A stretch of 64,000 bases of DNA from contig CAVZDT010000023.1 in assembly GCA_963774175.1 (NCBI GenBank), positions 4,542 through 68,541 on the forward strand, given 5' to 3'. Each line of letters starts with the position of its first letter. Position 1 is the first letter of the stretch. Position numbers and translations under genes: made by a program. Below the pieces are notes generated by a model. It ran no database searches and had not been told where the DNA came from. It saw only the letters and a program-made list of their open reading frames with translations. Of the stretch, positions 22,867-32,407 are shown piece by piece. This stretch comes from an uncultured Acidobacteriaceae bacterium (lineage in GTDB: Bacteria; Acidobacteriota; Terriglobia; Terriglobales; Acidobacteriaceae).

Positions 22867-23889
22867 ATGCACAAGCGCACTCGAAGAACGCTGTTGGTTG
22901 TCGCCGGGGTGGTTTTCCTCCTGGCCCTCGCGGTCTTCCTGCGTTCCAAGGCTCCGCCGGAAGCGGCCCGTCTGCTTCCTGAGTCCGACGGCATCATTTA
23001 TTTCAACCTGAAGCCGATCCGCACCTTCCTGCACAAGAGTCTGAAGCCGCCTCAGCGGGTCCCGGAGTATCAGCAATTCGTCGATGCCACAGGTGTCGAC
23101 TGGGAGCGCGACCTTGACTCTGCTGCCGTCGCCCTCCACCGCATGCCCAACCCCAACGGCCCCAACGGCCCGGTGGCTTTCTCCATGGTGCTCACCGGCA
23201 AGTTGACCGGAAAACGCCTGAACACATGGCTCGACGCCCACGCCACCAGCCGCGAGGTCTATGCCGGCCATACCATTTACAGCATTCCCTCTGAGGGCCG
23301 CACGGTCCGCGTCGCGCAGGTCGGCTATGACATGATCGCCGTCTCCAACACGCCCACCGCCGAGCAGATCCACTCCATCGTCGACCGCCATCGCACCGCC
23401 GCCCTGCCTTTCGCCGGATCCTCCCTGCTCGCCCAGCACTACCACGATGTACCCCTTCTCTCGGTTGCCTGGGGTGTCGGTCAGATTGGCCTGCTGTTTT
23501 CCGATCGCGGCGCCATCAAGATTCTCGGCCTTTCCCTGCCTCTCCAGGATGACTCAACCATCGTCGCCAGCCTCACCCCCGGCCTTCCCCTTGCCGGCGC
23601 CGTCCACCTGCGGGTGGAAGAAATCGCCTCCGACGAGGCCAAGGCGGCCAGCCAGGCGGCCGCCCTGGGCACCATCGTCGCCCTGGCTCGCGACGTCACG
23701 GTTCAACTTGCCAGCAATCCCGCCAACAACGCCCTCCGTGAGCTGTTGAAATCCGCCGAAATCACCCAGAAGCGGAACCGCGTGATCGCCACCGCCAGCC
23801 TTTCTCCAGGCTTTTTCGCTGAAATTACGAAAGGTGAAAATTCTTCTGCAATCCCGGCAACCCCAAATTCACAGGACGCATCGAAATAG
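22867..23889 (+). CDS. Hypothetical membrane-anchored protein
   Basis: 340 aa ORF, N-terminal basic plus hydrophobic anchor, host-like codon usage. Confidence 0.8.
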   Translation: MHKRTRRTLLVVAGVVFLLALAVFLRSKAPPEAARLLPESDGIIYFNLKPIRTFLHKSLKPPQRVPEYQQFVDATGVDWERDLDSAAVALHRMPNPNGPNGPVAFSMVLTGKLTGKRLNTWLDAHATSREVYAGHTIYSIPSEGRTVRVAQVGYDMIAVSNTPTAEQIHSIVDRHRTAALPFAGSSLLAQHYHDVPLLSVAWGVGQIGLLFSDRGAIKILGLSLPLQDDSTIVASLTPGLPLAGAVHLRVEEIASDEAKAASQAAALGTIVALARDVTVQLASNPANNALRELLKSAEITQKRNRVIATASLSPGFFAEITKGENSSAIPATPNSQDASK

Positions 23890-24151
23890 TTGACGCGCCT
23901 TCCCAAGAGCTGCGTTTAGTGCATAGAGTGTTGTTCGTTGGGCCGCCGGTGACTTCGTTCCTTCTTCCTGGGTTGGGAGTGGATCAGAGCGGCGGCCCTT
24001 TCCATGTCTCCCCGATTTTCCTCGCCTCCCCGGGTAACACTTTGCGCGGCCTCGACCTGTTGGCTATTTTGCTCGACTCCCGGGAGCCGCTTTATGCATC
24101 CTGTTGGTAGGCATTCGTTTAAGACCATCGACTAACCCCCAGAGAGGTGTC

Positions 24152-25494
24152 ATGCTCCGTTTTCTCGGAACGCAAGCCCTGATCTGCACGATTTTCTGCC
24201 TGATAACCATCACAGCACTTGCGGTCGCCAGAAAGTCGACCCCGCGCCCGGGGGCTTCAGCAGCCCCTGTTCTTACCGGCCAGGCAGCTTTTACTGACGC
24301 GGCACACGAGTCGCCCGGCATCCGCCGGCACGTCACGGTCAACGACCTTCCCGCACCAGCTCCCGATCAGTCCGTCGACAACGGCCCCTCCATGGTCCCG
24401 CGTCCAGCCAACGCTTGGCCGGTCGCCGCCAAAGGCTTCAAGGTCGAGCTCTATGCCACCGGCCTCGACAATCCACGGCTCCTGCGCGTGGCACCCAATG
24501 GCGATCTCTTCCTCGCCGAAAGCGGTACCGGCAAAATCAAGGTCTTTCGCGGCGTTACGCCCGACGGCAAACCGGAAGAAGTCTCCGTCTTCGCTTTCGG
24601 ACTCCACCAGCCCTTTGGCATCGCCTTCTATCCCTCAGGCCCCAATCCCAAATACGTCTACGTCGGCGACACCGACGGTATCGTGCGCTTCCCTTATCAG
24701 AATGGCGATCTCGTTGCCCGCGGAAGCGCCGAAGACCTGGCCGAGCTGCCCGGCGGCGGACGCCTGCGCGGCGGCGGCCACTGGACTCGCGACCTCGTCT
24801 TCTCGAAAGACGGCTCGAAGCTCTTCGCCTCCGTCGGATCGCACTCCAACGTCGACGATCCCGACACTCATCCCGAGGAATTCCACCGCGCCGACGTGCT
24901 CGAGTTCACGCCCGAGGGCAAGTTCGTGAAGGTCTACGCCTGGGGCATTCGCAACTGCGTGGGCGAGGCCATCAACCCCATCACCGGCGAGCTCTGGTGC
25001 TCCACCAACGAGCGCGACGGCCTGGGCAACAACCTCGTGCCCGACTACGTGACCCACGTCCAGGAGGGCGGCTTCTACGGCTGGCCGTGGTGGTACATGG
25101 GCGGGCATCAGGACCCGCGCCACGTCGGCAAGCATCCCGAGCTGCAGTCCAAGGTCATCACGCCCGACATCCTGGTCAATCCGCACTTCGCTTCGCTGGA
25201 GATGATCTTCTACGAGGGCTCGCAGTTCCCCGCCGAGTACAAGGGCGACGGCTTCGCCTGCGAGCACGGCTCGTGGAACCGCGCCCAGCGCGCCGGCTAC
25301 GAAGTCATCCGCCTGCCCATGAAGGACGGCCACGCCACCGGCGAATACGAAGACTTCCTCACCGGCTTCACGCATCGGCGACGGCACCGTCTGGGGACGC
25401 CCAGTCGGCGTCGCGCGAAGCCAACGACGGCTCGCTCTTCGTCTCCGACGACGGCTCCAAATCCATCTGGCACGTAATCTACACCGGCAAATAA
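24152..25494 (+). CDS. Sorbosone/PQQ-dependent sugar dehydrogenase-family protein (apparent indels at about 25370-25415)
   Basis: LDNPRLLRVAPNGDLFLAES, HWTRD, VGSHSN, GIRNCVG, NERDGLG, FYGWPW, HGSWNR; C-terminus GRPVGV...DGSLFVSDDG lies in shifted frames. Confidence 0.9.
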
Positions 25495-25518
25495 CAACCT
25501 CATCTTAAAAGACCTTGA

Positions 25519-25707
25519 GGTGCCCCATCCAAGCCGCCGCCTTCGCGGCCTGGGTGGGAAAGCACGAACCCAAACCAGCCAGTGTCATCCTGAACGTAGC
25601 GCTTTGGGGCCCCATGGAACACACTGTGTCCATGGGGTAGCCGGAGAGAAGGACCTGCTTTCGTTTCTACACGCAACACCGCAGGAAGGGGTGTCCCATC
25701 TGGCGGC
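25519..25707. repeat. Composite REP-like palindrome cluster between convergent genes
   Basis: GGTGCCCCATCC...GGGTGGGAA; TGTCATCCTGA...GAAGGACCTGC enclosing a CCCCATGGA/TCCATGGGG hairpin; partial GGGTGTCCCATCTGGCGG. Confidence 0.6.
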
Positions 25708-25757
25708 TGCATCTCAACCCGCAACCAATCGGTTGCACATTTCTGGTCGAGACTGCA

Positions 25758-26723
25758 TTAGTACAACCGGAAATTGACCACCACCGTCATCCGCGCCGCC
25801 ACCGGCTTCCCGTCCTTCTTTGCCGGCTTGAACCTGTACTTCATCACAGCTTCGAGCGCCTTCTGATCAAGCCCCATTCCCAGCGGCTGAACCACCCGCG
25901 GGCTCTGCGGGTTCCCCTGCGCATCGATAATCACTGAGATCGTGCAAACGCCCTGGTACTTCTGCCTTCGCGCCTCGTCAGAGAACTCCGCATCCGGCGT
26001 GTAAATCGGAATCGGCTGCGTAACTCCGCCCGCGCCCGGCGTATAGATTCCGGGTCCTGAGCCCGGTCCCCAGCCCGGACCCCTGCCGGTTCCGAAGGTG
26101 CCATCAGGACCATTGCCGATCCCTGCCCGCGTTCCCGGACCACCGGATTCCAGCGTAACGTTCGGCGAGTTGTGCACCCCGATCAGCGGCAGCGTCGGAT
26201 TATCAGGAAGCCTGATATCCGGAGGTACCGCGATGCTGTTGTCAACGGAAAGCTGCGGATGTTCCAGCACCGGCACCTGCACCGGCGCAAGCGGATGCAT
26301 GTCGAACTTGGGCAGGCGACCCTTGTTGGCTTCGACCGTGTCGTTGGCTCCGCCGCTGCTCCCTCCGTCGTGTGCCGAGTCCGACGGAGCAAACAGCGGA
26401 AAATCGCTCAGGTCAGATTTCGAGAGTGGCGTCGGCTTCGGCAACGGCGGCATGAACGCTTTGACACCCATCAGAAGCATCAGCGCCAGGATGCCTCCAT
26501 TCACCAGCGTGGCCGTGCCGATCGCCCACGGATTCGTATTCGCAGCCATGCGGTCGGGAACCGGAACCGGCGTCGAGGTCAATTCAAGCGGCGGAAGCTT
26601 CGGCGGGAAAAACCGCTCGTGAATGCTTTCATAGAGCCCGCGCCAGATCGGCTGCTCATCAACATTGACCGAGAAGAACGGGCTGGATTGGTTGCGCGAT
26701 TCGGCTGGTTCCGGCAGAGTCAT
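25758..26723 (-). CDS. Energy transducer TonB-family protein
   Basis: One TM helix, Pro/Gly-rich linker, C-terminal PDAEFSDEARRQKYQG...GLDQKALEAVMKYRFKPA.KDGKPV. Confidence 0.92.
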   Translation of the reverse strand: MTLPEPAESRNQSSPFFSVNVDEQPIWRGLYESIHERFFPPKLPPLELTSTPVPVPDRMAANTNPWAIGTATLVNGGILALMLLMGVKAFMPPLPKPTPLSKSDLSDFPLFAPSDSAHDGGSSGGANDTVEANKGRLPKFDMHPLAPVQVPVLEHPQLSVDNSIAVPPDIRLPDNPTLPLIGVHNSPNVTLESGGPGTRAGIGNGPDGTFGTGRGPGWGPGSGPGIYTPGAGGVTQPIPIYTPDAEFSDEARRQKYQGVCTISVIIDAQGNPQSPRVVQPLGMGLDQKALEAVMKYRFKPAKKDGKPVAARMTVVVNFRLY

Positions 26724-26882
26724 AGGTCCCCTTCCGCGGCGGAGAGATCCCGCCGCCAGTTCGCCTGACGTGTAATTGAAACCTGCTGTCCAATAGACCT
26801 GCCGATTCAGAGTTCGTCACCCGTAAACGCGATGCAAACTCCGAACGCAACGCCGCGCGCAACGCCAGCTCCGCTAACACTG

Positions 26883-28010
26883 CTATCTCTTCAGCCCCAG
26901 CGCCTCCACCACCGCCTCGTCCACCTTTGCCGGCTGGCCCTCGTCCTTCCACACCACGCCAAAGCCACCGCGATAATCCCACATCGTCCAGCCGATGCCG
27001 TCGGCCTCGAGCGCGGTGCGCACATCGTGAATCCACCGCATCCGCGAATCTGCGGGCGCGACGGGCCTGTGCACGCCAAACTCATTGCAAATGACGGGAA
27101 CATTGTGCTCCTTGCCCCACCCCGCCGCTGCGTCGATTTCCATGCGAATCCGTTGGGCGTCCCAGTGGTCCAGCCAGTAGTGCTCCAACTCATACTTGCT
27201 GATCGCATCAGGAACTTCGGCCAGCGACGCCTGCAGCCCCTCTTGCGTCGGCGGATACGGAATATTGTGTGTGAGAATCGGCCAGGTGCCGGTCCAACTC
27301 GCACCCTGATGCGTGAACTGCATCGGCTCATAAAAGTGGAATGTATAGATCACGTTTCCATCAGGGAGCGGCTGTTGCAGCAACAAGTCTGCGATGCCCG
27401 ACCAGTTCGCCCCGGCGGCGATGATCGTGTTTTTCGGCGCGACTTCGCGAATAGCCGCCGCGGCGCGCGCCTCCACACCCGCCCAGCGATACGGATCGCG
27501 CTCTTCGGGTTCGTTCATGATCTCGAAGAACACCAGATCGGGATTGCGATCGGCATAATGCGCGGCCAGCTTGCGCCACAACATAACGAAGCGATCCACG
27601 CCCTCACTGGTGGTGCTCACGCGCTTCTTGTAGTCGCTTTCCGGATGGATGTCGATCTGTACCGCCATGCCCTTCGCCAGCATCTGGTCAACCGCATGAT
27701 CGAGGCGGCCGATAAAATCTGAGTCATCCTTGCCGAAGAATCCTCTTGTGAGCGGCGCGGCATCGATGCTGAGCCGCACGTTGTCAAAGCCGATCTGCGC
27801 CATTAGCGCAATGTCTGCATCATCGGTGATGTCACTCATGTACTTCGGCGAGTAGTTACCCGTTTGCGCGAACCATTCAGACGCATTGATGCCGTGGCGC
27901 AGATGTTGCGCGCGGGCAAACGCGGTTTTCAACTCAGCGGCGCGATCCTGCGCGATTGCAGGCAACGAGAAAAGAAGGAAGGCAAACAAAATTCGGCTAC
28001 GTCTCAACAC
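26883..28010 (-). CDS. Glycoside hydrolase family 5 (cellulase family)
   Basis: Signal peptide; GFDNVRL, IDIH, EIMNEP acid/base, TFHFYEP, NEFG nucleophile, GWTMWDY. Confidence 0.92.
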   Translation of the reverse strand: MLRRSRILFAFLLFSLPAIAQDRAAELKTAFARAQHLRHGINASEWFAQTGNYSPKYMSDITDDADIALMAQIGFDNVRLSIDAAPLTRGFFGKDDSDFIGRLDHAVDQMLAKGMAVQIDIHPESDYKKRVSTTSEGVDRFVMLWRKLAAHYADRNPDLVFFEIMNEPEERDPYRWAGVEARAAAAIREVAPKNTIIAAGANWSGIADLLLQQPLPDGNVIYTFHFYEPMQFTHQGASWTGTWPILTHNIPYPPTQEGLQASLAEVPDAISKYELEHYWLDHWDAQRIRMEIDAAAGWGKEHNVPVICNEFGVHRPVAPADSRMRWIHDVRTALEADGIGWTMWDYRGGFGVVWKDEGQPAKVDEAVVEALGLKR

Positions 28011-28157
28011 GATTCATCTCCCAGTGCGATTGATGGAAATCCAACAGGTAACAATACTACGACCGGGACGCGCTTGCGCGTGACCTCACAAACGCTTGTG
28101 GTGACCACTTCAGTATGGGCAGAGACACCCGGCTCCGGTGCACCTTCGACGAGTGCT

Positions 28158-28320
28158 GCCGTGCTTTGACTCGTTGTAAATCTCAATCTGCGAGTGATCC
28201 GGTCCGATGTGGCATTGCCCGCAAGGCTAGGCAGGCGCGCCAGCGCAACGAACCCGTGTGACGCGAGTGGCATTCCGTGCAGGTGCCGATCGTGCCGTCT
28301 GCGTTGGGTTTGCCAATGAC
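28158..28320 (-). pseudogene. Remnant of a multiheme c-type cytochrome gene
   Basis: Across frameshifts: IGKPNADGTIGT-CTECH-SRH...VALARLPS...[22 protein letters not shown]; two CxxCH motifs, no recognisable start or continuation. Confidence 0.75.
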
Positions 28321-28481
28321 GATCCTGGAACAGGCTTCCAGACCTCTTATGCGCAACGGATTCCGTCCGATCTTGTGAATGAACGAGTTATCGCCCAGGT
28401 GCGAGAAAATGAAGGCAAATCGTTTGCGGGGGTTACTTCGGAGAATTTGCAAATTCTGTTATCTCGTGACACGATATATGT

Positions 28482-28935
28482 ATGGGTTCACATTTTCAAG
28501 CCACCAGTCCTGACCCGCTGCTCAGGACCTTGGCAGATTTTCGTTTTGAGTTGCGCCGCTTCCTGTACTTCAGCGAACATGCGGCCATTGAGGCAGGCTT
28601 GCAACCTCAACAGCATCAGCTTCTTTTGCAGGTGGCGGGCGCTCCAGACGCAACGGTAGTGACGATCGCGTACGCGGCCGAACGGCTGGGGCTGAAGCAC
28701 AACAGCGCGGTCGAGCTTGTCGATCGATCAGAGCGGGAGGGGTTGCTGACGCGCATGTCGGACGCTGGCGACGGAACGGCGGGCGATTCTACGAGTGACT
28801 TCCAAGGGCAAGAAGATCTTGGGGCGCCTGGTCGGAAGTCATGCGCGTGAGTTCAACGAGCTGGCGCCGCGGCTGATAAAGGCATTGAAGCACGTCAGTC
28901 TGCATGGACAGCCCGTCAACACGGAGGCTCGATGA
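28482..28935 (+). CDS. MarR-family transcriptional regulator (apparent 1-nt insertion near 28775)
   Basis: LADFRFELRRFLYFSE...GLQPQQHQLLL...AERLGLKHNSAVELVDR; shifted frame gives RRAILRVTSKGK; ATGA overlap with next gene. Confidence 0.85.
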
Positions 28936-30572
28936 GATCGCGACCCTCCGCCCTGCGCGACTTTACGGTCGATCGACGGACCTGGTTGCTTTCCGTAGTG
29001 GCAGTCTTTATTGGAACAGGCGCGGCTGCTTTGGCCGTGTTCCTGCTCAGGGCCATCGCCCTTGCAACAAACGTCTTCTACTACCACCGATTCAGTCTGG
29101 CGATGGTCGGCCCCTCGGGCTCAACGGACTCGCCCTGGATTCATGCCCCTGGTCCCGGTGCTCGGCGGCCTGCTGGTGGGGCTGTATGGCGCACTACGGG
29201 TCCGACAAGATTCGCGGGCATGGAATTCCCGAGGCCATTGAGGCAATTCTGCTGCACGGCGCGCGCGTGGAGCCGAAGGTGGCGGTGCTCAAGCCGCTGT
29301 CGGCGGCAATCGCGATTGGATCGGGCGGACCGTTCGGAGCGGAAGGGCCGATCATCATGACCGGCGGAGCATTCGGCTCGCTGGTCGCGCAGTGGCTCAA
29401 GCTGACGGATGCCGAGCGAACGACGCTGCTGGTGGCGGGCGCCGCGGCGGGAATGTCGGCAACCTTTGCCGCGCCGATTGCCGCAATTCTGCTGGCGGTG
29501 GAGTTGCTTCTATTCGAGTGGCGGCCGCGCTCGCTGGTGCCTGTCGCGGTGGCGAGCGTCGATGGCAGGCGCTCTGCGCATTGGTTGGCTTGGCGCGGGT
29601 CCGTTGTTCCCGGTTGAGCTGCCTTCGTCATTTCACATGCGCCGACGCTGCTCGTGGCTGCTCCGCTGGGAATACTCGTTGGCCTTGCCGTCAGCCGGAC
29701 TCAGCCGCCTGATGTACGGCTTCGAGGACGGCTTTGAGCACATTTGCGGTCGCTTGCATGTGCATTGGATGTGGTGGCCGGCGATCGGCGGTATCGGCAT
29801 CGGAATTGGTGGCTTTTTTTTCCCGCGCGGGTTGGGCGTTGGGTACGACAATATCGCCGAGCTACTGCGCGGAAATGCTCCCGTGGCACTGCTGCTCGGA
29901 TTGATCATCGCCAAGTCGTTGATGTGGGCCTTTTCGCTCAGTTCGGGAACCTCGGGCGGCGTGCTGGCACCGCTGTTGATGATCGGTGCGGCACTGGGCG
30001 AATCAATGGCCCGCGTCGCGCATATGCCTGGTCAGACACAGGCACTTTGGGCGTTGATGGGCATGGGCGCGATGCTCGCCGGCGCGTTGGGTGTGCCTCT
30101 GACCGCAATTCTTTTTTCTCTGGAGCTTACCCACGCTCTGCCCGCTGTGCTGCCGCTGGCCCTGGCGTGTACGGCTTCGTATCTGGTGACCTCGCTCGTC
30201 ATGCCGAGGTCGATCCTTACTGAAAAGCTCAGTCGTCGCGGCTACCACTTGTCGCGCGAATATGGTGTCGATCCACTTGAGACTGTAAGCGTTGCTGAGG
30301 TAATGACGGAACTCTCCGTCGAGATCGACGGAGCGCTGCCCGAATCCGGCAAACTACCGGAGGTATTTGCGTACACAGATGAGACCTGCCGGGCAGTCGC
30401 AGAGGAAATGGCAACCACCGGATTGATGAGCATGCCGGTAGTGGATCGCCAAACTGGAAGAATCTGCGGCAACATCAGCGTGCAGGAGTTGCTGGTTGGT
30501 CGCAGAAAAGCGGTGGTGCGAGAGTCGGAGCGCAGCATTGCCTTTCTGCTTGAGTCACAAGGAGAAGGTTGA
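28932..30572 (+). CDS. ClC chloride channel/antiporter-family protein with C-terminal CBS-like domain (several apparent indels)
   Basis: GHGIPE, GGPFGAEGP, AGAAAG..ATFAAP, SGTSGGVLAP, GVGYD motifs spread over three frames. Confidence 0.88.
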
Positions 30573-30861
30573 ATCAAGCAGGTTTGCGTTCCCGCGGCAT
30601 CTTTTTCGCGTCGATCATCGTTCGCAGTTCTTGCAGGCTCGTGAGTAAGGCTGAGTACGTTGCCGCTTTGCCGGATCTAATCTTGGCGGGACTGTTCGCC
30701 GTCGCGTATGGCAAAACGAGGTCAGCGCAGTCACTTCTGGTTCCCCTGGCAAGATCAGACCAGTAGATCGGCACGTGTACTTTGCGGTTCAAACCCAAAC
30801 ACTGCGTGGCCAGCATTGAAGCGGGGCCACTGCGACTATGAAGAATGAAGAAAGTAACTGA

Positions 30862-32307
30862 CTAATTTCGCTGTGGTTCGGCGTAGATTCCAAACTCAGA
30901 AATGCCTGGGGATTTCGGTCCGTTTGCGATGATCGTCAAGCGAATTCGCTCCGCGCTTGTTTCCCTTATCGAGTACACACCAGGGCCCTGGTTAGACAGA
31001 ATTTCCGTCCAGGTTCCTTCCTGAAGAGCTACAACCCGAAATGATTTAATCCTGGTATCGGACCCGTAGGACTGCAGGTACGTCGGTTCAATTGCCGCAA
31101 CTGTATTGAATCGGGTTTGAGATCTCAGGTAAATCTCGATCCATCCTTCCGGTTGCATCTCATCTGCAAGCCAAAAGGTTCCGGGGTTGTCATCGTTGGC
31201 GAGATCGGGACCGCTGGTATCTGCACTGCTGCTGGCGAACGATGGCCGTGCATAAGCCAGATTCCTGGTTGTAATCCTCACGGACGCGTTCAGTCGGGGA
31301 ACAATTCCCCTCCCTTTCCAAAGGGCTCCGATCTCAGCAAGGCGCTCGAGCGCATTCCGATCAAATGTTCCTTCTCTATTCGGAGCAACGTTGAGAATAA
31401 GATTGCAGGCCCTCTCATTGAACGGAATCAGCCATTCATTCACGACCTGGGTTGCCGAGCGGAGATCCTGGTGGGGGTAGTCTTCCTTCCAAAACCATTC
31501 GCTCTGCAGCGTAGTCGCAGACTGTGAGGGTACGGTGCTGCCGGCAGGAATGGTCTGGCCGGCGTGTTGTTCATACTGCTTGATGTCTGTGTAATACAAC
31601 ACTGGAGCGGGGAAACTGCCCTGGTTATAGTCGGACATCAGGCAGTTCGGCTGCAGACTTTTCACGTGTTCATAGATTTCGATGAACGGAACCTCGTCAT
31701 AGCTGATACGGCTCCAGGATGCGTTCCATCCATCAATGATGAGCGCGGTGATTTCTCCATAATTGATGAGCAACTCTCGAAGCTGATCCTTGATCAATTG
31801 GATCTTCTCCCGCGTTACAACGTACGGACGAATATTTGCCCTGAGGTCGAGAATGGAAAAGTACAGACATGCTTTGAGTCCATGTTTTCGGAACGAATCG
31901 ACATACGATCGAATGACGTCCCCTTGAAACGAGCTGTCCTTTACACTCGGACTGCTGGTAGCCGTAGGCCATAGGCAAAATCCGTCATGATGTTTGGTTG
32001 TCAGACACCCATAAGTCATGCCCGCAGAAATTGCTGCGCGCGCCCATTGGTCCGTGTCGAGGGCCCGTGGATTGAAAAGCCTCGGTGAGGCTTTCGGATC
32101 ACCCCATTCGCGTTGCTCGTAGGTCGCCATGTTCAGGTGGATATACATACCAAAGCGAAGATCAGTGAATGCCTGCTGCAGTTCTGTCATTGAGCGCTGA
32201 GCAGTTTGTGCTGCACCTCCGCCTAAGGTCAATGCTCTTCCTCGATCACCGAACGCGCAGCACAAAGTGGACGCTATTCCGCCCGCAAATTGCCTTCGAT
32301 TCAGCAT
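30862..32307 (-). CDS. Alpha-L-fucosidase (GH29) with C-terminal F5/8-type module; Tat signal
   Basis: RRQF twin-Arg; RFGMYIH, TTKHHDGFCLWPT, NLILNVAPNREG. Confidence 0.9.
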   Translation of the reverse strand: MLNRRQFAGGIASTLCCAFGDRGRALTLGGGAAQTAQRSMTELQQAFTDLRFGMYIHLNMATYEQREWGDPKASPRLFNPRALDTDQWARAAISAGMTYGCLTTKHHDGFCLWPTATSSPSVKDSSFQGDVIRSYVDSFRKHGLKACLYFSILDLRANIRPYVVTREKIQLIKDQLRELLINYGEITALIIDGWNASWSRISYDEVPFIEIYEHVKSLQPNCLMSDYNQGSFPAPVLYYTDIKQYEQHAGQTIPAGSTVPSQSATTLQSEWFWKEDYPHQDLRSATQVVNEWLIPFNERACNLILNVAPNREGTFDRNALERLAEIGALWKGRGIVPRLNASVRITTRNLAYARPSFASSSADTSGPDLANDDNPGTFWLADEMQPEGWIEIYLRSQTRFNTVAAIEPTYLQSYGSDTRIKSFRVVALQEGTWTEILSNQGPGVYSIRETSAERIRLTIIANGPKSPGISEFGIYAEPQRN

Positions 32308-32341
32308 TGCTTCTTCCTTTCTTGCTGGACTTTATCCGGTC

Positions 32342-32370
32342 AAAAGGCGAAGCGCCAATGCGCTTCGCCC
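32342..32370 (-). terminator. Intergenic stem-loop/terminator between the GH27 and GH29 genes
   Basis: - strand GGCGAAGCGC-ATTG-GCGCTTCGCC-TTTT. Confidence 0.65.
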
Positions 32371-32407
32371 TCGGTAATTAGGCAACGGCCTTTTTTCGTC
32401 GAGTTTC

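Noticed and set aside
30574-30816. 80-aa - strand ORF after the ClC gene
   Set aside because: No recognisable motif or clear RBS; may be a remnant but cannot be supported
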